Shown: positions 11,530-21,016 of the stretch, piece after piece
Layout of the letters: each line of letters starts with the position of its first letter
How positions within the stretch are numbered: the first letter of the stretch is position 1
From: an uncultured Chloroflexia bacterium
Lineage (GTDB): Bacteria; Chloroflexota; Chloroflexia; QHBQ01; JADMIH01
Assembly: GCA_963797095.1 (NCBI GenBank)
Contig: CAWCNY010000003.1
Location: 512,001-576,000 of the forward strand
Reading direction: 5' to 3'
Length of the DNA: 64,000 nt
Position numbers and translations under genes: made by a program
Notes under the pieces: model-generated
Database searches by the model: none
The model's input: the letters and a program-made list of their open reading frames with translations, nothing else
What the model was told of the DNA's origin: nothing

Positions 11530-12192
11530 CTACCTTGCGATGTTGTAGAGCGCGATAGTCGTTAGGGCAACAATCGCGAAGGCATAGAGGAAGCAAAGCA
11601 AGGCGCGCACTATTCGCACAACGGATGGACCTTGCCCGGTCTCAGTGGAGACGGGGGCAGGCACCGGCAGCAATGCCCTGGTGATCCCCTGGGCCAATTG
11701 CAGGCCAAGCCAGAAGAGGCCACCCAGTATGCCTACGAAGAGGGCAAAGAGGCAGTCGCCGAAGGGGTCGGAGTTGGCGCTGCTTGCGAGGGATTGCGGG
11801 GCCACCATGTAGGCCGAGGGGTCGAACAAAGAGAGGTCCACCTGCTTTTCCAGGTCAGGAGTGGCCTGCGTCCTAGTTGCGCTCTTTCGCCCGCGCTTCT
11901 TACGCTCGCGGACCACTATCCAGCCGGGGAAAAAGGTCTGCCAGCCGAAAGCCGCCAGGCCCATCGCGCACGCACCAAGCAGCAAACTCAGCAAAGCAAG
12001 TAACCAGAACCACCAGGGCGTAGAGGACTTGGGGGCCAATAGCCAGGCGATCAGGGCAGGCGTAAGCGACCCGACGATCAGCGCCAGAATATGGCCGATG
12101 TCAATAAGGCATCCCTGTTTGCGATTGGGAGTTGCGAGGGCAAGGGAGAGGACGAGCAGAAGGACGAGAGCCACCATCGCGGGTACGTACAT
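11530..12192 (-). CDS. Hypothetical multi-pass membrane protein
   Basis: 220-aa ORF with about 5 hydrophobic segments; fills the gap between flanking genes. Confidence 0.65.
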   Translation of the reverse strand: MYVPAMVALVLLLVLSLALATPNRKQGCLIDIGHILALIVGSLTPALIAWLLAPKSSTPWWFWLLALLSLLLGACAMGLAAFGWQTFFPGWIVVRERKKRGRKSATRTQATPDLEKQVDLSLFDPSAYMVAPQSLASSANSDPFGDCLFALFVGILGGLFWLGLQLAQGITRALLPVPAPVSTETGQGPSVVRIVRALLCFLYAFAIVALTTIALYNIAR

Positions 12193-12359
12193 TGGAGCGC
12201 CACCCAGTTGATTTATTGCGCAATGATAGCATATACGCCGCGATTGCGCCGCGACACTATCACTATCTCCCTCAAGGGGTCAGCGTTCTGGGCGACCAGG
12301 TAGCAGGCGCTGCCCAGCGCCTGCCGGAGCCTCTCTCCGAAAAGGAAAGAGCGTTCTAG

Positions 12360-12398
12360 AATAGAGAAATGGGCGGCTTCGCCGCCCATTTCTCTATT
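12360..12398 (-). terminator. Hairpin terminator after the VWA gene
   Basis: 18-bp perfect stem aatagagaaatgggcggc-ttc-gccgcccatttctctatt, 13 bp past the stop codon. Confidence 0.7.
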
Positions 12399-12411
12399 GA
12401 ACCCAAAGTTG

Positions 12412-13659
12412 CTACTTCTTCCGGCTCTGCTGTGTAGTTGACTTGGCGTAATGCATCGCCTTGCGGGCTATTGAGGTGAAGCCACCCGGAGCCTGGGCGC
12501 TCTCTTCCTTCAGGGCGTCGACCTCGGCCTGGGCCACCGGGGAGGCCGGTGCAGCCGCCGCCACGAAGTTGGCGGCCCCGGCCAGCACCTGCGCGCTGCG
12601 TGCGTAGTCGCCTGCCGCGTCGTACTTGAGGGCTTCCTCGCGTGCGCGGGCCGCTTCCTGCATCGCCACCTCCTCCATCACGGAGGGGTTGGCCTGCTCG
12701 CGCTCGCACTCGACTGCCGTGGCGTAAGTTAGCACCGCTTCGCTCGTAGTAACCGTGCGGCTCGCTCCATTATCTACATCCGTGTATGTAACGGTAACGC
12801 GCAGAGGGATGGTCGTGCCGACGTAGCCTGGGCGAACCGTCAGCTTGAACAAGGCCGAGCGCGACTCGCCGGCGATCATATCGTCGAGGCGCACGTTCAT
12901 CCCCGCACCCACCCGGTCGGTCTCGAAGGTGTTGAGCAGCTTGGCGTCAACCCCTGCGGGCAGATAAAGCTCGATCACTACATTGCGCGCCGAGGTGGAA
13001 AGGACCTCGCCCAACTCGCGGTGGAGGAAATCGGGGATCTGCTTGGCGTGCTCGATAAAGTAGAAGTGCCCCCCGCCCTTGATCGCCATCCGCTCCATCA
13101 GATCCTCGTTGAAGTCTGCCCCGATCCCCATGGTGGTGGTGCTGACCCCTCGCGAGCGCAACTCGGAGGCGTGGTGCTCCAACTCGGCGGGGTCGGTGAT
13201 GCCCACGTTGGCGAGGCCATCGCTCAGCAGGATAGCGCGATTGAGATATCCCGCCTCGTGCTGGTGGTTGGCTACCTCCTGCGCGCCGGTAAGCCAGCCG
13301 CCGCCCAGGTTGGTGCTGCCGCCGCTGCGGATATCGCGCACGGCGCTGATCATGCTGTTCTTGGTTTCGGCGGTGAGCACCCTGCTCGGCGATACCACGC
13401 GGATGTCGTCGTCGTAGGCGATGATGGCGGCGCGGTCGGCTGCCGTCAGGTTGCGGAGGCAGAAGATGGCGGCCTCTTTGGCCTTTTCCAGTTTGCTCCC
13501 TTCCATGGAGCCGCTCCTATCGATTACGAGAGCGAGATTGAGCGGCAGGCGCGTGCTCTTGCTGGCGGCTTCGGGCGCTGTGATTTGCACGCGCAGGTAG
13601 CGTTCGGCGGTGTCGGTCGAGGGGACCAGCCTGCGGTCGAGATTGGCATTAACCTTCAT
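12412..13659 (-). CDS. VWA domain protein (YfbK/Ca-activated chloride channel-like)
   Basis: MIDAS DRSGSM, GGSTN, LLSDGLAN, GGGHFYF; start placed at MKVNAN just after the upstream gene's stop (ORF track starts at 13779). Confidence 0.9.
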   Translation of the reverse strand: MKVNANLDRRLVPSTDTAERYLRVQITAPEAASKSTRLPLNLALVIDRSGSMEGSKLEKAKEAAIFCLRNLTAADRAAIIAYDDDIRVVSPSRVLTAETKNSMISAVRDIRSGGSTNLGGGWLTGAQEVANHQHEAGYLNRAILLSDGLANVGITDPAELEHHASELRSRGVSTTTMGIGADFNEDLMERMAIKGGGHFYFIEHAKQIPDFLHRELGEVLSTSARNVVIELYLPAGVDAKLLNTFETDRVGAGMNVRLDDMIAGESRSALFKLTVRPGYVGTTIPLRVTVTYTDVDNGASRTVTTSEAVLTYATAVECEREQANPSVMEEVAMQEAARAREEALKYDAAGDYARSAQVLAGAANFVAAAAPASPVAQAEVDALKEESAQAPGGFTSIARKAMHYAKSTTQQSRKK

Positions 13660-13666
13660 TTGTACC

Positions 13667-14333
13667 CTATTCTCCATTTCCTGGGTCCTTCCCCAGAATG
13701 CGTCGCGCGGCCTCAATGAGCTGTGCGACCCTACTCCTTGTGCGGGTGTCGGCATGTGTCGGGTAGTGTAGCTCGACACCCTCCCCTAAGTTCACGCGCT
13801 CCCATGTGGACGGTGGTTCCTGAGGTTGAGAAGGCGGGGCCATAATCGGCTCAGGTTCCTGCATGGGCGCAGGCGAAGGTATATACGTGGCAGCAGGTCC
13901 GGCGGTTGCTTGCTCCGGCGGTGCGGGTGCCTGTCCTCCTGGCGGTGGGGCCGGGGCGGGCGCAAAGGCGGCGACCGGTGGGGCCTGGCGCTTCAACTGC
14001 TCGCGCGCCACTCCCCTGCCAAGCACTCCAGAGATGTAGTCGGCTGCCGAGTTCGGGCTTTTGCCGCTCGGCGACCTCCTGCGACGATGGCGAATACTGT
14101 TCGACCAGTTGCTCTACCTCTGCGAGGCTGAGATGTTGCAAGGTATCGCGTATCTCCTCCAGCGGCAGGTATTGCTCCTTGAGTCGCTTGATAAGAGCCA
14201 GCCGCTCGACGTGCTCCTCGGTGTACTCCGCGGGCCGGCCCCGCTCCGGGGGAGGCAGCACGCCCTGCTCCACGTAGTAACGTATGGTGCGGGTAGTGAC
14301 CTCCGCCCTGTCTGCCAGTTCTTGAATAGTCAT
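13667..14333 (-). CDS. MerR-type HTH regulator with Pro-rich linker; apparent single-base frameshift near 14056-14062
   Basis: MTIQELADRAEVTTRTIRYYVEQGVLP HTH; after a 1-nt shift the frame reads NSAADYISGVL...WERVNLGEGVELH to the stop at 13667; GGAGG RBS. Confidence 0.85.
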
Positions 14334-14362
14334 GCCAACCTCCACTGTTACGTTACACTGGC

Positions 14363-14391
14363 ATTATAACAGTATTACGTCACTATGTCAA
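14363..14391 (-). promoter_or_regulatory. Consensus sigma70 promoter of the MerR-VWA operon
   Basis: Minus strand reads TTGACA-tagtgacgtaatactgt (17 nt)-TATAAT, 30 bp upstream of the ATG. Confidence 0.85.
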
Positions 14392-14592
14392 TAGGCAATT
14401 TCGCCTTCCGACCAACATTTCGAGCTAGCACGAAGATAGAGCGGGTGCGTGAGAAGATCACTGAGGTGGGCTTTATTCCATTTGATCGTGTAAAATATAC
14501 CCGTCATTTGGCCGAGCGTTTAGCACATGCAACCCGCCCAATAGCTAGTGCGCCGCTTGTGTGGTACTACTATGTGATGCGGAGGTAATACT

Positions 14593-15780
14593 GTGAGAAA
14601 ATTCGGCTTCAGTTCACGTTTCTTACTCGTCTTAGTGCTCGTAGCTATGGTTTTGAGCGCATGCGACAGTGGTGCGTCGCCCACCGCTACACCACCACCT
14701 GCTGCGGCCTCAACTCCCGAGGCAACTGCTACGTCTGCCGCAATGGCCGGTGAGACCCCTGGCAGCGGAAACACAGGTACAGTCAACTACCCGGGTGCTG
14801 ATGCCAACCTTACCGGCACCGGATCGACCTTCGTGCTGCCTGCCATGTCGGATTGGGCGCAGCGTTACAACCAGCTCTACTCCGGAGTGAAGGTCAACTA
14901 CCAGGGTACGGGCTCAGGCAACGGCAAAACTCAATTCCTCGGTAAGACCGTGGACTTCTCAGGCACCAACTCGGCCCTCAGCGACCAGGAGTTGCAGCAG
15001 GCTGGCGGGGCCGACAAGGCCATGCATATACCCGTTGTTATGGGCGGCGTGGTGCTGGCCTATAATATCCCCGGCCTCAGCTCGCAGTTGAAGCTGGACG
15101 GGCCAACGGTAGCGAACATATTCTTACTTAGAATAACCAACTGGAATGACCAGGCTATCGCTGATCTCAATCAAGGTGTTACCCTCCCCGACCTGCCGAT
15201 AGCGGTCGTCCACCGCTCGGACGGTTCAGGGACCAGCGACATATTCACCGATTACCTGAGCAAGGTCAGCCCCGATTGGAAGAGCCAGGTGGGACGCGGC
15301 ACCGCCGTCCAGTGGCCCGGCGGCATCGGAGGCCAGGGCAACGATGGTGTGACACAGTTGGTCAAGCAAACCAATGGCGGCATCGGCTACATCGAATTGG
15401 CCTACGCCAAGCAGAACAACATCACCTATGCGTTGTTGAAGAACCAGGCGGGCAACTACATCGATGCCAGCACAGATTCGGTATCGCAAGCCGCCGCAAG
15501 CTATATCGACACACTGCCCGCCGATCTTCGATACTCGATCACGAATGCCCCCGGCGATCAGGCTTACCCGATAGCGGGCACAACCTGGCTGTTGGTCTAT
15601 GTCGACCAATCGGACGCCACCAAAGGCAAGTCGTTGGCCTACTTCATCTGGTGGATCACGCACGACGGTCAGCAGTATTCTCAGCAGTTGCTTTACGCCC
15701 CTCTGCCCCCGGAGTTGGTGCAGAAGGACGAGGCTCAGGTCAAGAGGATGACCTGTGGCGGCTCGCCCTGCTTCCCGTGA
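14593..15780 (+). CDS. pstS: Phosphate ABC transporter substrate-binding lipoprotein PstS
   Basis: Lipobox LSAC; GTGSTF, YQGTGSGNG, VHRSDGSGTS, GQGNDGV, IGYIELAYA, AYPIAG; GGAGG RBS. Confidence 0.93.
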   Translation: MRKFGFSSRFLLVLVLVAMVLSACDSGASPTATPPPAAASTPEATATSAAMAGETPGSGNTGTVNYPGADANLTGTGSTFVLPAMSDWAQRYNQLYSGVKVNYQGTGSGNGKTQFLGKTVDFSGTNSALSDQELQQAGGADKAMHIPVVMGGVVLAYNIPGLSSQLKLDGPTVANIFLLRITNWNDQAIADLNQGVTLPDLPIAVVHRSDGSGTSDIFTDYLSKVSPDWKSQVGRGTAVQWPGGIGGQGNDGVTQLVKQTNGGIGYIELAYAKQNNITYALLKNQAGNYIDASTDSVSQAAASYIDTLPADLRYSITNAPGDQAYPIAGTTWLLVYVDQSDATKGKSLAYFIWWITHDGQQYSQQLLYAPLPPELVQKDEAQVKRMTCGGSPCFP

Positions 15781-15846
15781 GCCGGCTCCGCCGAACCCGG
15801 CAGAGAGGCTCAACGTGACTACTCTCCAGGTATGTAAGATCAATAT

Positions 15847-15902
15847 ATAGTCCCGCAGGGGCTTACGCCCTGGGTCACTCTCTACCGCCCCCGCGGGACT
15901 AT
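15847..15902. repeat. REP-like palindromic element
   Basis: Outer arms atagtcccgc / gcgggactat enclose an inner gggc-ttac-gccc hairpin; intergenic between convergent genes. Confidence 0.5.
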
Positions 15903-16210
15903 TCGCGAGGGCGGCATGCGAGTATGTCGCCGAGGGGGAGCGCTCGTACTCGGACCATCTTCGGGGTTTTTGTGCGACAGCATTCCACCTACCCCTACCC
16001 CTACATAGCACTCACCAACAACACAAACGTACTCTGCATTCCGCACTCAAAAACCACCCGAAAGTACACCCCAAAACCTGCCTCGTTTTGCCTCACCAAT
16101 GCCATTAAGTAAATGAGGGCAAGAATAACCAACTTCCTAACGACCACCCGAAATCTCGATCAAAGGTCGTACAAAAGCACACATCCTAGCCTGAATCTCG
16201 GCGGCATGCT

Positions 16211-16939
16211 CTAAATAGAACGCAACCCTTCTGTAAGATAGGCCAGAGCGTCACGAGGGCGGAGGTGTTCGGGATAGCGGGCGAAACCGGGGAAGCCACC
16301 CCACTTGAAGCAGGCACGCAGATAGTTTACAAAGGTAGTCTCGTGCCATTCGCCTTCCAGCGTGGCGTCAACGGCATGGCTGGGAACGAGGATCTTATAA
16401 GTTGAGCCGCTGCTGACCTGCGCCTTGCGAAACTCGTCAGGCGACACGGAAAGGGGGAAGCGCACGGCCTCCTCGCCCTCGAAGATCCCTTCGGAGAGAC
16501 CATACTGCCAGTAAACGTACTCATCGAACACATCAAGCAGCGGCTCAACCACCAGGGGGTCGCGAAAGGTATCTATGTCGTCCTCTTCGGGCCAGTCGGG
16601 GTGATTGCCCGTGAAATTCACCGACCCTACCTCTTCACACCACACGCGAATGGAGAGAGGGAGAGGGCCGGTAAGTTTCTCAAGGGTGGCAAGTCGATAG
16701 GGAGTATCAGGTTCAGGCGATACGAAAGTATAGCGGGGGTGAGAGAACCTGTAGCCAAGCACCTCCAGGCGGGGCACAAGTAGCTCGATGTTCTCGCGGG
16801 CGCGGCGCATAGTCTCGCGAACCACTGAACGAGCATCGGAAAAGAGCGGCTCGTGGCGCACCTTGCTGCCGTAGGCCAGTAGCTCGGCCCACACGGCGCG
16901 GTGTTCACCTTCGATATATCGTTCCAGGAGAGTCGGCAT
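16211..16939 (-). CDS. Conserved hypothetical protein (possibly SMI1/KNR4-SUKH-like)
   Basis: 242-aa ORF with its own promoter; LEKLTGPLPLSIRVWCEEVG resembles the SUKH N-terminal motif; ends TFVNYLR..FKWGGFPG. Confidence 0.65.
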   Translation of the reverse strand: MPTLLERYIEGEHRAVWAELLAYGSKVRHEPLFSDARSVVRETMRRARENIELLVPRLEVLGYRFSHPRYTFVSPEPDTPYRLATLEKLTGPLPLSIRVWCEEVGSVNFTGNHPDWPEEDDIDTFRDPLVVEPLLDVFDEYVYWQYGLSEGIFEGEEAVRFPLSVSPDEFRKAQVSSGSTYKILVPSHAVDATLEGEWHETTFVNYLRACFKWGGFPGFARYPEHLRPRDALAYLTEGLRSI

Positions 16940-16966
16940 TATCTACCCTTTATGTTTGCCTGCTTT

Positions 16967-16994
16967 ATTCTATGCAGTATTATGTATCTGTCAA
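16967..16994 (-). promoter_or_regulatory. sigma70-like promoter for the 16211-16939 gene
   Basis: Minus strand TTGACA-N16-TAGAAT. Confidence 0.55.
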
Positions 16995-17006
16995 TACCCA
17001 TAAGAT

Positions 17007-17639
17007 ATGAGGAATAGAGTGAGCGATCTTTACTATGGGCTCTATCTGATCCCGCCCCCGGCAATCGTGTACGCATTGAGTGTAGCACATGAGGCGTTTG
17101 AGCGAGAATTCGCGGCCATCACGGCGGGGCGCTTCATGGTGCACAGCACAATCAAGGGCTTTACAAAGCTGTCGACCCAGGCCGAGGCTTTGATCCCGGC
17201 CTTCGACGAATTGTTTGCCAATGCGCAGCCCTTCGATGTGGAGATCAAACCGCCGTGGGTGTCAACAGGAGGCAAGCCAGGGGAGAGCATCTTGCTGTGG
17301 CTGGAGAAGACGCCGGAGTTTCAGCAGTTCCACAACGATGTGTGGGAGATAATCAAGCCGCATGTAGCCGGGGACTGCCTCTTCACCCCCAGTGAATGGC
17401 TGGGCGACCGCTTCCCGCCTCACCTGACGCTGGTGCAGACCGACCTGCCAGCCGAGCCGGCGGTACTGGCGCAGGCGGTGGGGCTTGCCGATCATATCTA
17501 CAGCAATATGCCCGCGCGGAGTTTCCTGGCGCGGGAATTGCAACTGGTGGAGTTCGAGTCGGACGATTGGGTGGGGGCATGGTGGAGGACATTGAAGTTC
17601 AGGCAAATCAAGGGATGGAGGCTGGCTGGTGAAACCTAA
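17007..17639 (+). CDS. 2H phosphoesterase / 2'-5' RNA ligase family protein
   Basis: Two HxT motifs (VHSTI, PHLTL) about 90 aa apart. Confidence 0.8.
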   Translation: MRNRVSDLYYGLYLIPPPAIVYALSVAHEAFEREFAAITAGRFMVHSTIKGFTKLSTQAEALIPAFDELFANAQPFDVEIKPPWVSTGGKPGESILLWLEKTPEFQQFHNDVWEIIKPHVAGDCLFTPSEWLGDRFPPHLTLVQTDLPAEPAVLAQAVGLADHIYSNMPARSFLARELQLVEFESDDWVGAWWRTLKFRQIKGWRLAGET

Positions 17640-18657
17640 CGCTCCGTCCTCAGGTTGCCAACCGGACAATTTCCAACGCAAACTCCGGCGCAGCTTACCG
17701 GTTTTGGGGTTGCTGCTGCTCGTCGCAGCCCTGGTCGGAGGGGTAGGAGGAGTGTTCCTGGGAGCCGCCTTCCCCAATAAACCCTCGGCTACGGCCACAG
17801 CTACGGAGTCAGCCGGCGCAGCCACGGGCGCGCGTTCTTCTGCTACCGCAACTCCGGCAACCACGACGGCAGCTACCCCTCTCATGCCAACAGAAAGCGC
17901 GGCGGCAACAGCGGTACCGAATACGCCCGACCCGCAAATGCCCCTGGCCGGGCGGCGGATCGGGATCGATCCTGGGCATGGGCCTCGGGAAGACCTGGGC
18001 GCTGTGTACCTGGACCCGGATACCAGGCAGGTCTTGCTATCCGAGGCGGACTTCAACCTTGATGTGGCATTGCGCAGCCGGGATTTGCTGGTCGCCAGGG
18101 GCGCGGCGGTGGTGCTTACACGCGAGACGGCGGATACTTTCACGACAGAGTGGCCCAACGACGCCAACGGCGATGGGATCGTGGGCGCCTCGGGAGACGA
18201 TTTGCAGACGCGGGTGGACATCCTCAACGACTTCGGGGCCGAGGTGTTCTTGAGCATCCATGCCAATAGCTCGCGGGAGCCGGGCAACGGCGACGATTTG
18301 CAGATGCTCTACTGCGGCGCGTCCGACTGCCCCTTCTCCGCTGAGAGCAAGCGCCTGGGCAAGCTGATGCTCACACACCTGGGCGCAAGACTAGCGGAGA
18401 CAGGCTACACAATAAACGGCGGGTCACTGGTTGACGATCTGACGATAGACGCCACGGGTCTGCATATGTTTGTGTTGGGACCGGCCGCGCCGCCGAGACA
18501 TATACGCGCCACCAATATGCCGGGCGTCATAGGCGAAACGCTCTATGTGACCCTTCCTTCGGAGGCCAGGCTGCTGGCTAGCGACGGTGTACGCCGGGCC
18601 ATCGCGCTTGGATACGCGGATGCTTTGCAGGAATTCCTGCTGGCAGGCGGGCAGTAA
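17629..18657 (+). CDS. N-acetylmuramoyl-L-alanine amidase (Amidase_3), membrane-anchored with Thr/Ala/Pro linker
   Basis: IGIDPGHG, EADFN, VVLTRE, FLSIHANS, VIGETLY. Confidence 0.9.
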   Translation: MKPNAPSSGCQPDNFQRKLRRSLPVLGLLLLVAALVGGVGGVFLGAAFPNKPSATATATESAGAATGARSSATATPATTTAATPLMPTESAAATAVPNTPDPQMPLAGRRIGIDPGHGPREDLGAVYLDPDTRQVLLSEADFNLDVALRSRDLLVARGAAVVLTRETADTFTTEWPNDANGDGIVGASGDDLQTRVDILNDFGAEVFLSIHANSSREPGNGDDLQMLYCGASDCPFSAESKRLGKLMLTHLGARLAETGYTINGGSLVDDLTIDATGLHMFVLGPAAPPRHIRATNMPGVIGETLYVTLPSEARLLASDGVRRAIALGYADALQEFLLAGGQ

Positions 18658-18661
18658 GGGC

Positions 18662-21016
18662 CTAGCCGCCCGAAGGCAATGAGAGGACCACCCGCGTGTA
18701 TTCGCCTGGCGCGCTCTCAACCGCCAGCGAGCCGCCCACTACCGCCATCATCGTGCTGTGCAGGGCGAGGCCATGCCCGCCGCCCGATCTGGCATCCTGA
18801 ACCGGGGATTGAGGTCCGTGACCGTTTGAGCCGTTGCGGACACTATTACGATCCGCCGACATGCCGATGCCGTCATCTTCCACCAGGATCTCAAGGCCGT
18901 TGCGCCACAGGATGGCTATTCTGAGGTGGAGAGGCTTATTAGAATCGGTGGGGCGAGCGTAGCGGGCCGCGTTGCGGATGGCCTCGCGGGCGGCATAGTA
19001 GATCACTTCGGCGGACAGTGGGGATATGTCGTTCGTGTGGGCTGCGACCTGCGGGTCCACCTGCCACCATACCCTGTCAAACGCTTCGGCCAATTCCTCG
19101 TCCACCGATTTACGGAGCGCGCCCGCCAGACCAAGCCTGCCGATCTCAGGCGCGGCGGTGGAGGGCATATCGCGCAGGAGGTCGGAGATCAGGTGGTGAG
19201 CGTCCGTGAGGTTGTGGATCGCGTCGATTTTGGATTTTGGATTTTGGATTTTGGATTGAGCATCGGTGGAACCGTTGGTATTGTCTGAGGCATGCTGCTC
19301 ATCAGATTGTGCACCGTCGGACATGAGGTCGATCAAGGCGGTGTGTAGGAGAGGGAGCACGTCGTCGTGAAGGACGCGGCGGGCGCGGCGGTCGAGCACC
19401 TGGCTCTCGGCGAGGCGCTGGCGCTGGAGGTGCATCAAGCGGCCCGCAAGCTGCGCGCTGGCCTGGGTGTCGATCAGGCGCTCGCCCGTGGCGCGTGCGA
19501 TCTCGATCTCCTCCTGAGCGAAGAGGCCACCATCCAGCTTGTCAGCCAACAACAGAACACCGATCAGGCCGCGCTCGCTCCAGAGGGGCACAGCCCAGGC
19601 TGTACCTCCCCACCGCAAGGGCTCGACGGGCAAGTACATGGTCTGGGTAGAATCGAGCTTGCCTGTGATCTCGGTAATAGGAGGCAGCTTGGCGGCCAGA
19701 TTGGTCGGATAAGCCAGGGGCGGACCGACCAGCGGGGATAGCGGGCCAATCGCTATCAAATAGGCCGCACGCACGCCCAGCACGTCATGGCATAGCGCGT
19801 AGAACGCCGAGTGCGGAATGCGGAGTGCGGAGTTGCCGGGCTGTGTACCTTCAGGTAGAGGTTTCGTGCTGTCTTCATCCTGGTCCGCGATCTCGGAGGT
19901 CCCGGAAAGTAGCTCGTCGAAGAGGCCCTGGCTGGTTACGAAGGGGCGCAGGCTGTCGATGTACCGCTCGCGCTCGGCGTAGGAGCGCCACGAAAAGAGC
20001 GCGAAAAAGATCGACATCAACACAGTTGTGAGTAGGAGACCGGCGGAACCCACCACGGGGTGCTCCTGGCGGGCCTCGCTCGCGCCCACAACCACGCTAT
20101 AGATGACCGCCAGCAAGAGGGCGCTACGCCATTGGCGAACGAAACCGCGCCGGGGCAACGTCTTGCCGGTGAATATCTCGTAGGCCACTATCGCCTGCCC
20201 CAGCAGCGTGATCGCGATGGCAACCAGCGAGGCGGTAAGGAGGTCGAACCAGTAGACCAGCGGCTCCATCTCGTCATAGAACTTGGCGATGGGCCTGTCG
20301 CGAGCGCCCAGCACCAGCCAGATGATGGCCCAGGCCACCATCACGCCCACCGCCACCAGCACGAATGAGGTAGCGGCCAGCCAGGGGCGGGCACGCCTGC
20401 GCGCAAGGTCGCCCATCACCCTGCCCGAAGGCCCCGGTCTCACAACCACATCCAGCGACAGCCCGATACACATGAGCGCGTAGATCGGATAGAACACCGC
20501 CAGCAGTTGCAGGCGGGTGAGGCCCACGCGGATCGGCTCGAATGAGAGTTGCACAAGCTCTGTGTAGCTCGGCAGCGGGTTGAAGAAGACGAATAGCACC
20601 ACCAGCCCCGCGAACATGAGAGTGGCAAGGTAAAAGAGGAGGCGGTGGCGGCGGCGCATGATGCCAGTTCGGTCCTCCCAGAAGCCGGAGTACCAGAGCA
20701 TCACCACATACCACGCGTAGGGAAGGGCCACCACAGGTAGCCAGCCCACCTGCCACCAGAAGTCCATACCGGCGCTCACGTCGCGCAGCCCATGGCCCAG
20801 CATAGCCGAGTGGGCCACGAAGAAAATGCCGCCCAGGAGAAGACCGCTACCCGCCAGCCACACCCCCCAGCGCCGCCTCTCGCTGTTCAAGAGCACCGTC
20901 AACCCAAGCCACAGGAGCACGATCACGTTGAAGAGCGACACGGCCATCGTGGCCCAGTCGAGCAAGAACCGGGGATTGAAGATGTCGCCTAGAAGATCGA
21001 AGATATCGTCGATCAT
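18662..21016 (-). CDS. Multi-pass membrane sensor histidine kinase (HisKA_3-type, GAF-like region)
   Basis: About 10 TM segments; RVLHDDVLP H-box; EAIRNAARY, EDDGIG, GGHGL; ATG overlaps the response regulator stop (TAATG at 21014-21018). Confidence 0.85.
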   Translation of the reverse strand: MIDDIFDLLGDIFNPRFLLDWATMAVSLFNVIVLLWLGLTVLLNSERRRWGVWLAGSGLLLGGIFFVAHSAMLGHGLRDVSAGMDFWWQVGWLPVVALPYAWYVVMLWYSGFWEDRTGIMRRRHRLLFYLATLMFAGLVVLFVFFNPLPSYTELVQLSFEPIRVGLTRLQLLAVFYPIYALMCIGLSLDVVVRPGPSGRVMGDLARRRARPWLAATSFVLVAVGVMVAWAIIWLVLGARDRPIAKFYDEMEPLVYWFDLLTASLVAIAITLLGQAIVAYEIFTGKTLPRRGFVRQWRSALLLAVIYSVVVGASEARQEHPVVGSAGLLLTTVLMSIFFALFSWRSYAERERYIDSLRPFVTSQGLFDELLSGTSEIADQDEDSTKPLPEGTQPGNSALRIPHSAFYALCHDVLGVRAAYLIAIGPLSPLVGPPLAYPTNLAAKLPPITEITGKLDSTQTMYLPVEPLRWGGTAWAVPLWSERGLIGVLLLADKLDGGLFAQEEIEIARATGERLIDTQASAQLAGRLMHLQRQRLAESQVLDRRARRVLHDDVLPLLHTALIDLMSDGAQSDEQHASDNTNGSTDAQSKIQNPKSKIDAIHNLTDAHHLISDLLRDMPSTAAPEIGRLGLAGALRKSVDEELAEAFDRVWWQVDPQVAAHTNDISPLSAEVIYYAAREAIRNAARYARPTDSNKPLHLRIAILWRNGLEILVEDDGIGMSADRNSVRNGSNGHGPQSPVQDARSGGGHGLALHSTMMAVVGGSLAVESAPGEYTRVVLSLPSGG
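19226..19253. repeat. Heptamer tandem repeat (GATTTTG)x4 inside the kinase CDS
   Basis: Read directly; encodes SKIQNPKSKI. Confidence 0.85.
19809..19829. repeat. Heptamer tandem repeat (GARTGCG)x3 inside the kinase CDS
   Basis: Read directly; encodes SALRIPHS; a related unit is intergenic at about 16032-16048. Confidence 0.75.

Noticed and set aside
14400-14592. Pho box upstream of pstS
   Set aside because: No convincing 11-bp-periodic direct repeats were found.
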